Positions 18,247 through 26,794 of a DNA stretch of 32,000 nt are shown one piece after another; the stretch's first letter is position 1, and every line of letters starts with the position of its first letter. The position numbers and the translations under genes were made by a program. The stretch is from Microcystis aeruginosa NIES-2549 (GTDB lineage Bacteria; Cyanobacteriota; Cyanobacteriia; Cyanobacteriales; Microcystaceae), in NCBI RefSeq assembly GCF_000981785.2, contig NZ_CP011304.1, forward strand, positions 900,001-932,000, in the 5' to 3' direction. Below the pieces are notes generated by a model, which was given only the letters and a program-made list of their open reading frames with translations, had not been told where the DNA came from and did not search any database.

Positions 18247-19278
18247 ATGAGTTCTTTGATAATTCCTCTCTCCGATTCCCTCCCTTGCTTGCCTAAATCG
18301 GGAATGCCTGTGACGATTATTACTGGTTTTTTAGGCAGTGGAAAAACCACTTTACTAAATCATATTCTTGACAATAAAGAAGGTTTAAAAGTTGCCGTTT
18401 TAGTCAATGAGTTTGGGGATATTAATATTGATTCTCAATTGCTTGTTTCCATCGATGAAGATATGGTAGAATTGAGTAATGGCTGTATTTGTTGTACAAT
18501 TAATGATAGTTTAATTGAGACAGTCTATCAGGTCTTAGAAAAAGAAATACCCGTGGACTATCTAATCATTGAAACCACAGGATTAGCCGATCCTTTGCCA
18601 ATTATCCTCACTTTCTTAGCCACGGAATTAAAATATCTGACTCGCTTAGATTCTATTATTACCCTCGTGGATTCTGAAACCTTTACTGCTGATCATTTTG
18701 ATAGTAATATTGCCCTTAGTCAAATTCGTTATGGTGACGTGGTAATTCTCAATAAAATAGATCGAGTAAGTGGCAAAAAATTAGATGATTTAGAAAAGTT
18801 TATTCGTCGGGAAAAAGAGGGTATAAGACTCCTAAAAAGTAGTTATGGTCAGGTTCCTTTGGGTTTATTGTTAGATCTAGGTTTAACTAAAGAAGAATTG
18901 TATAAAGTCCAGTTGAGAGACTTTCAAAAAAATCGCCCAATCTCCAGTGATAATCAATCTCCTGAAGACTTTAATTTTGTCTCCTTTGTTAGCGATAAAC
19001 CATTTAATCTAGATAAATTTGAACCTTTTCTCACGGAAAAAATGCCGATAAATGTTTTTCGAGCAAAAGGGATTCTCTGGTTTCAACAAAGCGATTTAAA
19101 ACATATTTTTCAATTGAGCGGTCTTCGTTACGATCTGCAAGCGGTAGAATGGGATACATCTCCTAATAATCAGTTAGTTTTTATCGGCAGAAATTTAAAT
19201 AAAGAGGAAATCTTGACACAACTAAACGAATGCTTGGCTAGTTCTCAAAAAATTAAAAAGGACAAACTAAGTAGGTAG
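18247..19278 (+). CDS. COG0523-family G3E GTPase metallochaperone (CobW/ZigA/YeiR-like)
   Basis: Walker A GFLGSGKTT (aa 27-35), metal motif CICC (C80-x-C82-C83), ETTGLADP, NKID and a CobW_C-like C-terminal domain. The last 3 codons plus the stop lie inside a MITE end. Confidence 0.9.
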   Translation: MSSLIIPLSDSLPCLPKSGMPVTIITGFLGSGKTTLLNHILDNKEGLKVAVLVNEFGDINIDSQLLVSIDEDMVELSNGCICCTINDSLIETVYQVLEKEIPVDYLIIETTGLADPLPIILTFLATELKYLTRLDSIITLVDSETFTADHFDSNIALSQIRYGDVVILNKIDRVSGKKLDDLEKFIRREKEGIRLLKSSYGQVPLGLLLDLGLTKEELYKVQLRDFQKNRPISSDNQSPEDFNFVSFVSDKPFNLDKFEPFLTEKMPINVFRAKGILWFQQSDLKHIFQLSGLRYDLQAVEWDTSPNNQLVFIGRNLNKEEILTQLNECLASSQKIKKDKLSR

Positions 19279-19371
19279 GTGTTAAAAGTTTTCAGACACC
19301 CCCCTTATCAAGGGGGGCAGGGGGGATCGAACCTAAAATCCATTTTTAATTTAATTATAACCAGCTACTTA
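19268..19371. mobile_element. MITE copy 1 (~100 bp; imperfect terminal inverted repeats, TA flanks)
   Basis: TA-AGTAGGTAGG...CACCCCCCTTATCAAGGGGGG hairpin...CCAGCTACT-TA. The same element occurs at 22148 and 27509. Confidence 0.85.
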
Positions 19372-19651
19372 TGAATAATTTATGGATAAAAACTTTAAAA
19401 TTTAACGAACCCTCGATCCAATGGTTTTACGTCTCTTTGTTCTCCAAGCTCATTATCGCAAACCCTTGCACTTTACGGAAGCGGCGATCACAATTAAAAA
19501 TGATGGGAATTATCTTAGTTGATTTACCCGATGGACAAAGCCAATGGTATCCTAGAGAAAAGAGCCATAACCATGATTAATACCGCAAGAAACCGCCAAT
19601 TTTTCCCAAAATAACCTTGCTAAGTCTAGAGGATTGGTTAAGGAAGATTAC

Positions 19652-19688
19652 TTGCCCCAATCTAACTTATGCTAGAATGATTATCATT
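19652..19688 (+). promoter_or_regulatory. Putative promoter with overlapping Fur/Zur-like 6-1-6 palindrome
   Basis: TTGCCC (19652-19657), 15-nt spacer, extended -10 TGCTAGAAT (19670-19678). The palindrome AATGATTATCATT (19676-19688) matches 12/13 nt of 16248-16260. A strong AAGGAG RBS at 19701-19706 lies 4 nt before ATG 19711. Confidence 0.5.
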
Positions 19689-19710
19689 ACCACAATAAAG
19701 AAGGAGCAAA

Positions 19711-20490
19711 ATGATTATCGTGGTGACGGGGGGTATAGCTGCGGGAAAAACCCATTGGATTCGCCAACAAATCGCCCAAAGCAAGCAGCCAAGTCTATAT
19801 TTTAGTCCCCAGACGGAAACTTTTCCCATTGATCATCTCACTTTACAGAGTGACTTTCCCCAGTTGTCCTCTATTTCTAGGGAAGAAGAAGACCTTTTGA
19901 GCAGTTTATCCATGGAAAACACGGTTTATATGGAAGTACCATGGCATTTAGACGCGCAATCCCTCGAAAGCTTTCTAAAACCCCTCAATTGTCATCGGGT
20001 AGCGATTACGTCTCCAGACGAAGAAATCCCCGAAGGACAAGTTCCCGTCGATGAAATGGTCATCAGTCCCGTCAAAACAACCATAAAAGGTGATCAATGG
20101 TTAAAAAAACGAGAAATACAGATTTATAGAGCCGTTTTAACGGGAGAAATCCTCGATTTTTCCAGTTTAACCACCTTTTGGACAGAATTAACCCAAGGGG
20201 CCTATGGGGAAGTGCTGCGGGTTAAAAGTATCTTCGATATCATCGACGGTCAGTGTATTTATGGGGAATTTATGGATGAATGGCCAGAAAAAGACTTTCA
20301 AAGCTTAAATTTCCCCTTAAATGTCGATGGGAGACCGAATCGCTTCAGTGGGATTGAAATCGTCGGTCGCAATCTCGATAAACCGACAATTGCCGATACC
20401 CTGAGTGATTGTTGTCTGTCCGATGAGGCACTTTTTTATTATCAACAACAATTTCAAGAATCTTTAGAGCCAGAAATGGAGTTAATCTGA
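19711..20490 (+). CDS. P-loop protein with CobW_C-like C-terminal domain (stripped-down COG0523 paralogue)
   Basis: Walker A VTGGIAAGKT (aa 6-14), but no CxCC motif and no NKxD. The C-terminal half parallels the upstream COG0523 protein (LRVKSIFDIIDGQ vs FRAKGILWFQQSD; IEIVGRNLDKPTIADTLSDCCL vs LVFIGRNLNKEEILTQLNECL). Its stop overlaps the next ATG (TGATG). Confidence 0.75.
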   Translation: MIIVVTGGIAAGKTHWIRQQIAQSKQPSLYFSPQTETFPIDHLTLQSDFPQLSSISREEEDLLSSLSMENTVYMEVPWHLDAQSLESFLKPLNCHRVAITSPDEEIPEGQVPVDEMVISPVKTTIKGDQWLKKREIQIYRAVLTGEILDFSSLTTFWTELTQGAYGEVLRVKSIFDIIDGQCIYGEFMDEWPEKDFQSLNFPLNVDGRPNRFSGIEIVGRNLDKPTIADTLSDCCLSDEALFYYQQQFQESLEPEMELI

Positions 20491-21299
20491 TGAAAATAGC
20501 CGTTTTATCCTGTATTCATGGCAATATGCCCGCTTTAAATGCTGTTTTGCAAGATTTAGACCAACAGGGTTGTCAAGAAATCTACTGTTTAGGGGATTTG
20601 GTTGGGTATGGACCCCATCCTAACCAAGTGGTGGAAAAAATCCGTCAACTGGGGATTACTACAGTACAAGGGTGTTGGGATGAGGATATCGTTGAGGGAT
20701 TAAATGCCTGTGAGTGCAGTTATCCGTCGCTTTTAGCAGAAAAACGCGGTAGATTAGCTCATGAGTGGACAAATCAAATAATCACCCCAGAAAACCGTAA
20801 TTATTTGTCAAAACTGCCCGAAATTTTTAAGCTAGATCACCTCTGTTTTGTTCATGGTAGTCCCCAAAATAACCATGAGTATCTTTTAGCCGAAATGGAC
20901 GCTTTTACGGCTTTAGAACGGGTTTTATCGGTAGATACAGAGGTTTTATTCTGTGGACATACCCACATCCCCTACATTCGCACTCTCGACGAGGGAAGCT
21001 TGCAAATAAAAGTGTATCAACCCGATGGGGAACAGTCGCGGCAATTTACCACACCAGTTAAACGTATCATCAACGTGGGATCGGTGGGAGAACCACGTCA
21101 CGGTCGTCCAAATGCCACCTATGTGATTTACGATCGAGAAACGGCAGCGGTACAACTGCGAGAAGTGGCCTATAACTATCAGGAAACCTGTCAGGCTATT
21201 TTAGAATCGGGTTTACCTCCTATTTTCGCTTGGCGATTGGCTAAGGGTCTAGAATATGCGGAAAAAGCCGATGATCCGACTCATGTTTGCGAACGTTAA
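20490..21299 (+). CDS. Metallophosphoesterase (YfcE/MJ0936-like) with Cys substitutions at two metal-ligand positions
   Basis: The calcineurin-like motifs are recognisable. Motif I is SCIHGN instead of SDIHGN (Cys8). Motif II is LGD (D36). Motif III is GCWDE instead of GN(Y/C)D (Cys62). Motif IV is VHGSP (H122), motif V is GHTH (157-159), then GSVGEP. Confidence 0.85.
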   Translation: MKIAVLSCIHGNMPALNAVLQDLDQQGCQEIYCLGDLVGYGPHPNQVVEKIRQLGITTVQGCWDEDIVEGLNACECSYPSLLAEKRGRLAHEWTNQIITPENRNYLSKLPEIFKLDHLCFVHGSPQNNHEYLLAEMDAFTALERVLSVDTEVLFCGHTHIPYIRTLDEGSLQIKVYQPDGEQSRQFTTPVKRIINVGSVGEPRHGRPNATYVIYDRETAAVQLREVAYNYQETCQAILESGLPPIFAWRLAKGLEYAEKADDPTHVCER

Positions 21300-21302
21300 T
21301 TT

Positions 21303-22019
21303 GTGATAAATCAAGAAATTATGTGGGCAATTTTAAGCGGTATTCAAGGCAATTTACCAGCCTATCAAGCGGTCTTGGAAGATATTCAGCAACGGTCAGT
21401 TACTGTAGAAAATTTATATATTTTAGGAGATTTTATCGGTGTTAATCCCGATAGTGAAATGCTAGTAGAACAAATACGTTATCCCACTAAAAATAACTTA
21501 TATCCGCAGGTTTGTCGGGGATGGTGGGAAGAACAATGTCTAATTTTACACAGTTTAGGAGCCACAGGAGAACCGACGGAATTAATCCATAAATATGGAA
21601 TTGATAGCACTAAACAACTCTGGGACGCAGTTTCTTTAGAAACGGTGCAATGGTTACGAAATCTCGATTTTGGTTTTGTCGAGTTGGATTGTTTATTAAT
21701 TCATGGCAGTAGTGTCAGTGTTAGTGAAGAATTAACCCCCGATACTCCCCCATGGCAAATTTTAGATCGACTGCAACGGGTGGGAGTTAATAATCTATTT
21801 TGTGGTCGTGCAGGACAAGTTTTTGATTATTCTTTACAGTCCGCTAATTTAACCAGCACTGTTACTACTTTAGATAAACGGCAACCAAGTCAAACTTTGA
21901 CGATTCAAGATAAGCGTTTAATTGGGGTTGGTAGCGTTGGTAAAGAATTAAATAAAGCAGTTTACACTCTCTATAATCCTAGTAATAATTGCGTGGAGTT
22001 TAGAACCGTACCTTATTAA
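21303..22019 (+). CDS. Degenerate metallophosphoesterase paralogue (predicted pseudoenzyme)
   Basis: Same fold signposts as the preceding gene, but motif I is SGIQGN (D and H lost), motif III is RGWWEE and motif V is GRAG (both His lost). Only LGD and IHGSS are retained. Start is GTG 21303 or ATG 21321 (MWAILSGIQGN aligns with MKIAVLSCIHGN). Confidence 0.75.
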   Translation: MINQEIMWAILSGIQGNLPAYQAVLEDIQQRSVTVENLYILGDFIGVNPDSEMLVEQIRYPTKNNLYPQVCRGWWEEQCLILHSLGATGEPTELIHKYGIDSTKQLWDAVSLETVQWLRNLDFGFVELDCLLIHGSSVSVSEELTPDTPPWQILDRLQRVGVNNLFCGRAGQVFDYSLQSANLTSTVTTLDKRQPSQTLTIQDKRLIGVGSVGKELNKAVYTLYNPSNNCVEFRTVPY

Positions 22020-22147
22020 TCTTTCAGAGATTAATTAAATATTCAAGATTAATTTACAGCCTTTATCGTAAAAGTGAAGTACAAAATAACCTTTGCTAAC
22101 TAGGTATTTTAGATGCGATAACGTACCTCATCTATCTAAGAAAAGCT

Positions 22148-22261
22148 GTAAGTAGGTAGGCGTTAAAAATTATCAGACACCCCCCTTATCAAGGGGGGAC
22201 TAAGGGGGGATTAAGGGGGGATCAAGGGGGGATTTATCTTCAACTTAATTATAACCAGCTA
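22148..22261. mobile_element. MITE copy 2 (right end diverged; internal G-rich 10-mer expansion)
   Basis: TA-AGTAGGTAGGCGTTAAAAATTATCAGACACCCCCCTTATCAAGGGGGG, followed by (AAGGGGGGAT-like) x3-4, then ...TTAATTATAACCAGCTA. The final CTA is the complement of the methyltransferase TAG stop. Confidence 0.8.
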
Positions 22262-23242
22262 GATAACTGAGGTAAGAGACTCTTGCTGACTTGCTTGCAG
22301 ATGGGATTTAGCGCGAACAGCGCGGAACATCCCAAAACGACATAAACCCGTACCAAAGGCCAAACGCATCAGCAGAATTGTCGGCACTTCTCGGACGGAT
22401 TTAACCAACCCAGTTAGACCAAATTGCCACCAACCTTGGGGACGAATCACCCCCTGCCAAATGGTATCAATCCAAGAGGGTAGAGTGGCTTTTGTCCAGT
22501 CAGCAGTCACCACTTCCCCATCTACCAATCCCGTGGCCGCTAACTGTTCGGCAAAACCTTCGATACTGGCAAAAGCGGGGTGGGACCACTGATCCAAAAG
22601 TTGGCGCATTACAGGACTTTCCCAGAAATTGAGCGGTTTTTGACGGTCATCTCGCTGATTCCAGTCCGCTACCACTAGGACTCCCCCCGGCTTAAGAACT
22701 CGCAGTAATTCCTGAGCAAAAACGGCTTTGTCCGGCATATGGGGACCGGCTTCAATTGACCAGACCACATCAAAACTCTCGTCGGGAAAAGAAAGGGCCA
22801 TGGCATCATCGACCAAAAAGCGAGCATTTACATCTGGGGGTGTTAGTTCTTTGGCCCGTGCCACTTGTTTGGGACTAATGGTGACACCGGTAACGGCAAA
22901 TCCGTAGTCGCGGGCCAGAATGCGACTGCTGCCACCAATACCACAACCGACATCGAGGAGAGTTGCACCGGCGGGTAGTTTATCCAAACCTCCCCAAGAG
23001 ACCATTTCCGCCACAAAGTCGGCTTTTGCCTGTAGAAAGTCTTTTTTTTCTGGTGGGGAACCGTAGTGACCTAAATGGATGTGTTCGCCCCAATAATATT
23101 CTAAAATCCCGTCCTCGGTCCATTGGTCGTAGGAATTGGCCACCGAGTCCGACGATTGGTACTTGCGAGAGGAAACAAAATAGACGACGATAGCGATCGC
23201 TAGGAGTAAACCTAAAGATGATGTCACCAAAAGTATATTCAT
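22259..23242 (-). CDS. SAM-dependent methyltransferase, MPBQ/MSBQ (tocopherol/plastoquinone pathway, Synechocystis sll0418-like)
   Basis: N-terminal TM segment, then YQSSDSVANSYDQWTEDGILEYYWGEHIHLGHYG, SAM motif LLDVGCGIGGSS and VLKPGGVLVVADW. ATG 23242 (MNILL) is preferred over the TTG at 23269. The specific substrate call is from remembered similarity. Confidence 0.8.
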   Translation of the reverse strand: MNILLVTSSLGLLLAIAIVVYFVSSRKYQSSDSVANSYDQWTEDGILEYYWGEHIHLGHYGSPPEKKDFLQAKADFVAEMVSWGGLDKLPAGATLLDVGCGIGGSSRILARDYGFAVTGVTISPKQVARAKELTPPDVNARFLVDDAMALSFPDESFDVVWSIEAGPHMPDKAVFAQELLRVLKPGGVLVVADWNQRDDRQKPLNFWESPVMRQLLDQWSHPAFASIEGFAEQLAATGLVDGEVVTADWTKATLPSWIDTIWQGVIRPQGWWQFGLTGLVKSVREVPTILLMRLAFGTGLCRFGMFRAVRAKSHLQASQQESLTSVI

Positions 23243-23529
23243 TAAATGCTGCCGGGCAAACTGATACAATGCTTAATAACTCTTAAAGATTATACAACCT
23301 TGAGGTTCTGTGGGCTGAGGTCTTTCAATCAAGATTGATAAGCGTAAGACGTATTTTAACCGCCTATGCTTGGATTAGCTGAATCTCCCCTAACTTCTTA
23401 ATGCTGGCAAAATTCTCCCTTACAAGGGAGATTCCCCCAGCTATCTACCAGTTAATTGCACCCAGCTACTGAGAACAGAAAAAGCTATATTTATAAGTAA
23501 ATCGAATCTGTCTTTCTGTTTAAAGACCC

Positions 23530-25404
23530 ATGGATAACAAAATTCTCGACGTTCGCCATCTCACCGTTGAATTTTCTAATCAGAAAAGAACAACAGTCGC
23601 CGTTAATAACATTAGTTTTAGCTTGCAGAAAGGTCAAGTTCTCGGTTGTGTGGGGGAGTCGGGTTCAGGAAAATCCGTCACCTCCCTCGCACTCATGGGA
23701 TTGGTTCCCTCTCCGGGGAAAATTACCCGGGGAGAAATTTGCTTTCGTCCAGCAAAAGGTCAGTCAATGCAAGCAGTAGATTTATTATCTATTCCCCCAG
23801 AAGAATTGCGTTATTATCGCGGGGGAGAAATGGCGATGATTTTCCAAGAACCAATGAGTTCTCTTAATCCAGTCTATAACATCGAGTTTCAACTCACAGA
23901 AGCAATTTTACTGCATCAAAAAGTCACCCCCGAACAGGCAAAAAATCAAGCCATCTCTCTACTGCAAGAAGTGCGCTTATTACCCAGTGATGAACAGTTA
24001 GAGGAGAAGTATATAGAAACTTTTCCCTTAGAAAATAAGGGTCATGTCAGAGAAAAAATTAGAACTTATATTCAAGAACAAAAAGAAGCAATTCTCAAGC
24101 GTTATCCTCACGAATTATCGGGGGGACAATTACAAAGGGTAATGATTGCCATGGCGATTTCTTGTAATCCTACCCTATTAATTGCCGATGAACCAACCAC
24201 CGCTTTAGATGTGACTGTCCAAGCAGAAATATTAAGATTATTGCGAGATTTGTGTAAAAGCGATCGAGAAATGTCAATGGTTTTTATCTCCCACGATTTA
24301 GGAGTTATTAACGAAATTGCCGATCAAATTGTCGTGATGTATCAAGGAGAAATTGTCGAACAGGGACCGAAAGAAGAAGTATTAAATTCTCCCCAACATC
24401 CCTACACAAAAGGTTTACTTGCCTGTCGTCCCCGCTTAAACTCTCGTCCAGAAAAATTGCCCACCGTCAGCGATTTTTTACAAGTGGAAAAAGACTCTCA
24501 AGGTAAGATTATTAAACTACAGGAAATTACTCCACCAGCAGTTAAATTTATTACTCTCCAGGAGGAAGAAAGCAGAATTGAAGGTTTACAACATCACGAG
24601 AATATTTTATCAGTAGAAAATTTATCGGTTAGATTTCCAGTTAAGGGAGTTTTCGGGCAAGTAAAGACCTTTTTTAATGCCGTAGATCAGGTCAGTTTTG
24701 CCGTTAAACAGGGGGAAACCCTCGGTTTAGTCGGTGAGTCGGGCTGCGGAAAATCTACCTTAGCAAGGACAATTCTGCGCTTAATTCCTGCTACTTCTGG
24801 AAATATCTATTTCCGAGGAGAAAATCTCGCTAAGTTAAACCCCAGCGATCCAAAATTAAGACTACTGAGACGGGAATTACAGATAGTTTTTCAGAATCCC
24901 TACAACTCCCTGAATCCCCGTTTATCCATCGGTAAAGCAATTTTAGAACCGATGGTTATTCATCATACCGGCGGCAATTCCCAAAAGCGACGGCAACGAG
25001 TAGAATATTTATTAGAACGAGTTAAACTTGATCCTAATTGGTTTGATCGCTATCCCCATCAATTATCAGGAGGACAACGACAAAGGGTTTGTATTGCTCG
25101 CGCTTTAGCCTTAAATCCTCAGTTTATTATCTGTGATGAATCTGTCTCTGCTTTAGATGTTTCCGTGCAAGCGGGAGTCTTAAATTTACTCAAAGAATTA
25201 CAGCAGGAATTTAATCTCACTTATATCTTTATTTCCCACGATTTAAGTGTTGTCAGATTTATGAGCGATCGGATTATGGTGATGAATAAAGGTAAAATTG
25301 AGGAAATGGGTACAGCTAACCAAATTATTAACTCTCCCCAAAGTGATTACACGCGTAAACTTATCGCTTCTATTCCCCAATTTACCGAAAGTCTTGCTAG
25401 TTAA
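23530..25404 (+). CDS. ABC transporter ATP-binding protein with two fused NBDs (DppD/DppF-OppD/OppF type)
   Basis: Two complete cassettes: GESGSGKS / LSGGQLQRVMIA / LIADEPT and GESGCGKST / [12 protein letters not shown] / IICDESV, each with the oligopeptide-type C-terminal extension (PQHPYTKGLL). Confidence 0.9.
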   Translation: MDNKILDVRHLTVEFSNQKRTTVAVNNISFSLQKGQVLGCVGESGSGKSVTSLALMGLVPSPGKITRGEICFRPAKGQSMQAVDLLSIPPEELRYYRGGEMAMIFQEPMSSLNPVYNIEFQLTEAILLHQKVTPEQAKNQAISLLQEVRLLPSDEQLEEKYIETFPLENKGHVREKIRTYIQEQKEAILKRYPHELSGGQLQRVMIAMAISCNPTLLIADEPTTALDVTVQAEILRLLRDLCKSDREMSMVFISHDLGVINEIADQIVVMYQGEIVEQGPKEEVLNSPQHPYTKGLLACRPRLNSRPEKLPTVSDFLQVEKDSQGKIIKLQEITPPAVKFITLQEEESRIEGLQHHENILSVENLSVRFPVKGVFGQVKTFFNAVDQVSFAVKQGETLGLVGESGCGKSTLARTILRLIPATSGNIYFRGENLAKLNPSDPKLRLLRRELQIVFQNPYNSLNPRLSIGKAILEPMVIHHTGGNSQKRRQRVEYLLERVKLDPNWFDRYPHQLSGGQRQRVCIARALALNPQFIICDESVSALDVSVQAGVLNLLKELQQEFNLTYIFISHDLSVVRFMSDRIMVMNKGKIEEMGTANQIINSPQSDYTRKLIASIPQFTESLAS

Positions 25405-26794
25405 AATTAGCCATCAAACCGAAAGGATTAGCTGCCTCTAATTGTGCCGATAAACCTAACAAAGTAATTTCATCAGCAGGTTTACCCACTAACTGGATTC
25501 CCACGGGTAAACCCTGACTATCAACCCCTGTGGGTAAAGCAATTGCAGGTAAACCACTCGCATTAGCAATCGGAGAAGGGGCAATCCAAGCAATCATCCT
25601 GTCAACCGCTTCTTGCGGTGGTAAATTTTCCCACTCACCAATTCCGGGAGGTTGATGTAGGAAAATGGGCAAAAGTAAGACATCAAAATTATCAAACATC
25701 GCCACAATTTGCCGCGAAATAACGTGCATCTGCCGCACCGCTTGCAGGTATTCCCCCGCGCTGCCAGAATTGTCTAATAACCATTGGTTAAGGGGACTTA
25801 ATAACTCCTTGGGAATTCCCGTCGCCGCCGTCCCCGCTTGCCAAATACGCCGAAAAGGAGCGATTAACGCCTGTAAATCGGGAGAATACTCGGTTAAATG
25901 ATGCCCCATACCCTCTAAAATTTTAGCCGTCTCGATCACAGCATTTTTATAGACGGAAGCCGCCTCGCCGAAGGGGGATATGGAAGTAGAAAAAGCGATT
26001 CTCAGGGGTTTTACGCCTCTCTGAGTGGCTTCTAGGAAAGAAAAGGGCGGATCGGGTAGCCAGTAGGGATCGCCCGTCGTATAGCCCGAAATCACGGTAA
26101 GCAGCGCCGCCCCATCTGCCACCGTCTTAGAAAGAGTGCCGTTAGTGGCGATACCGCTTTGAAATTCCCCCACCGGGGCATAGGAAACCCGTCCACGACT
26201 GGGTTTTATCCCCACCAAACCGCAACAACCCGCCGGAGTACGAATGGAACCGCCACCATCGGAACCCTGGGCAATCGGGCAGAAACCCGCCGCTACCGCC
26301 GCCGCCGCACCGCCACTGGAACCGCCTGCGGTATAATCGCGGTTGAAGGGGTTACGAGTCGGCAAAAAACCCGGATTTTCGGTGTAGGGAAAGGAACCTA
26401 GCTGGGAAGTGGCAGTTTTGCCCAGAAGGATAAAACCCGCCATTTTCATTCTGGTGACGATTCCTTCGTCGTATTGGGCGATATTTCCCTGTAAAGCGGC
26501 GACTCCGTAACTAACCGGCATTCCGGCGACGGCATTTAAGTCTTTAATGGCGGTGGGAACTCCAAAAAAAGGCGGTAATTCGGCAGTAGCGGCGATTTGA
26601 CTTAATTGTTCCGTTTGGATGCTGGCGGTTGCTAGGGCGCTTTCCCCGGCGACATGGACAAAACTACCAATTTGACAGTCAAATTTCTCGATTCTGTCGA
26701 GGTATAAATGGGTTAATTCTAGGGGGGAGATTTGTTTAGTGCGAATCAGTTGGGCTAATTCTAGGGCAGATTTTTGTAATAATTCATCACTCAT
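25397..26794 (-). CDS. Amidase-signature family amidase
   Basis: AS signature [32 protein letters not shown], with the catalytic Lys context (TAIKD). Convergent 8-nt overlap with the ABC ATPase gene. Confidence 0.9.
   Translation of the reverse strand: MSDELLQKSALELAQLIRTKQISPLELTHLYLDRIEKFDCQIGSFVHVAGESALATASIQTEQLSQIAATAELPPFFGVPTAIKDLNAVAGMPVSYGVAALQGNIAQYDEGIVTRMKMAGFILLGKTATSQLGSFPYTENPGFLPTRNPFNRDYTAGGSSGGAAAAVAAGFCPIAQGSDGGGSIRTPAGCCGLVGIKPSRGRVSYAPVGEFQSGIATNGTLSKTVADGAALLTVISGYTTGDPYWLPDPPFSFLEATQRGVKPLRIAFSTSISPFGEAASVYKNAVIETAKILEGMGHHLTEYSPDLQALIAPFRRIWQAGTAATGIPKELLSPLNQWLLDNSGSAGEYLQAVRQMHVISRQIVAMFDNFDVLLLPIFLHQPPGIGEWENLPPQEAVDRMIAWIAPSPIANASGLPAIALPTGVDSQGLPVGIQLVGKPADEITLLGLSAQLEAANPFGLMANFN

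Noticed and set aside
19371-19805. ORFs 19371-19580 (69 aa) and 19617-19805 (62 aa) in the COG0523-to-P-loop spacer
   Set aside because: The first starts at the last bases of the MITE, has no RBS and has no recognisable features. The second starts on TTG and overlaps, out of frame, the well-supported 19711 gene, which has a strong AAGGAG RBS. Both are treated as non-coding, and the region is better explained as promoter/operator DNA.
20946-21155. 69-aa minus-strand ORF
   Set aside because: Antisense shadow inside the metallophosphoesterase gene.
22190-22235. Tandem G-rich 10-mers (AAGGGGGGAT-like x3-4) as a possible CRISPR or G-quadruplex array
   Set aside because: The units are contiguous with no spacers and lie inside MITE copy 2. 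They are best explained as slippage expansion of the element's GGGGGG stem. This is not a CRISPR architecture.
22963-23193. 76-aa plus-strand ORF
   Set aside because: Antisense shadow inside the methyltransferase gene, with Arg/Pro-rich composition.
23414-23431. 7-bp hairpin TCTCCCT-taca-AGGGAGA in the methyltransferase/ABC divergent spacer
   Set aside because: It is short, isolated and has no flanking T-run or recognisable operator symmetry. That is not enough to call a regulatory element.
23567-23867. Plus-strand alternative-frame ORFs 23567-23779 and 23646-23867
   Set aside because: Out-of-frame overlaps with the 5' end of the double-NBD ABC ATPase, whose Walker A is encoded in the annotated frame.
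25665-26401. Plus-strand ORFs 25665-25901 and 26159-26401
   Set aside because: Antisense to the amidase gene. The second is an Arg/Thr/Gly-rich mirror of the [10 protein letters not shown] signature region.
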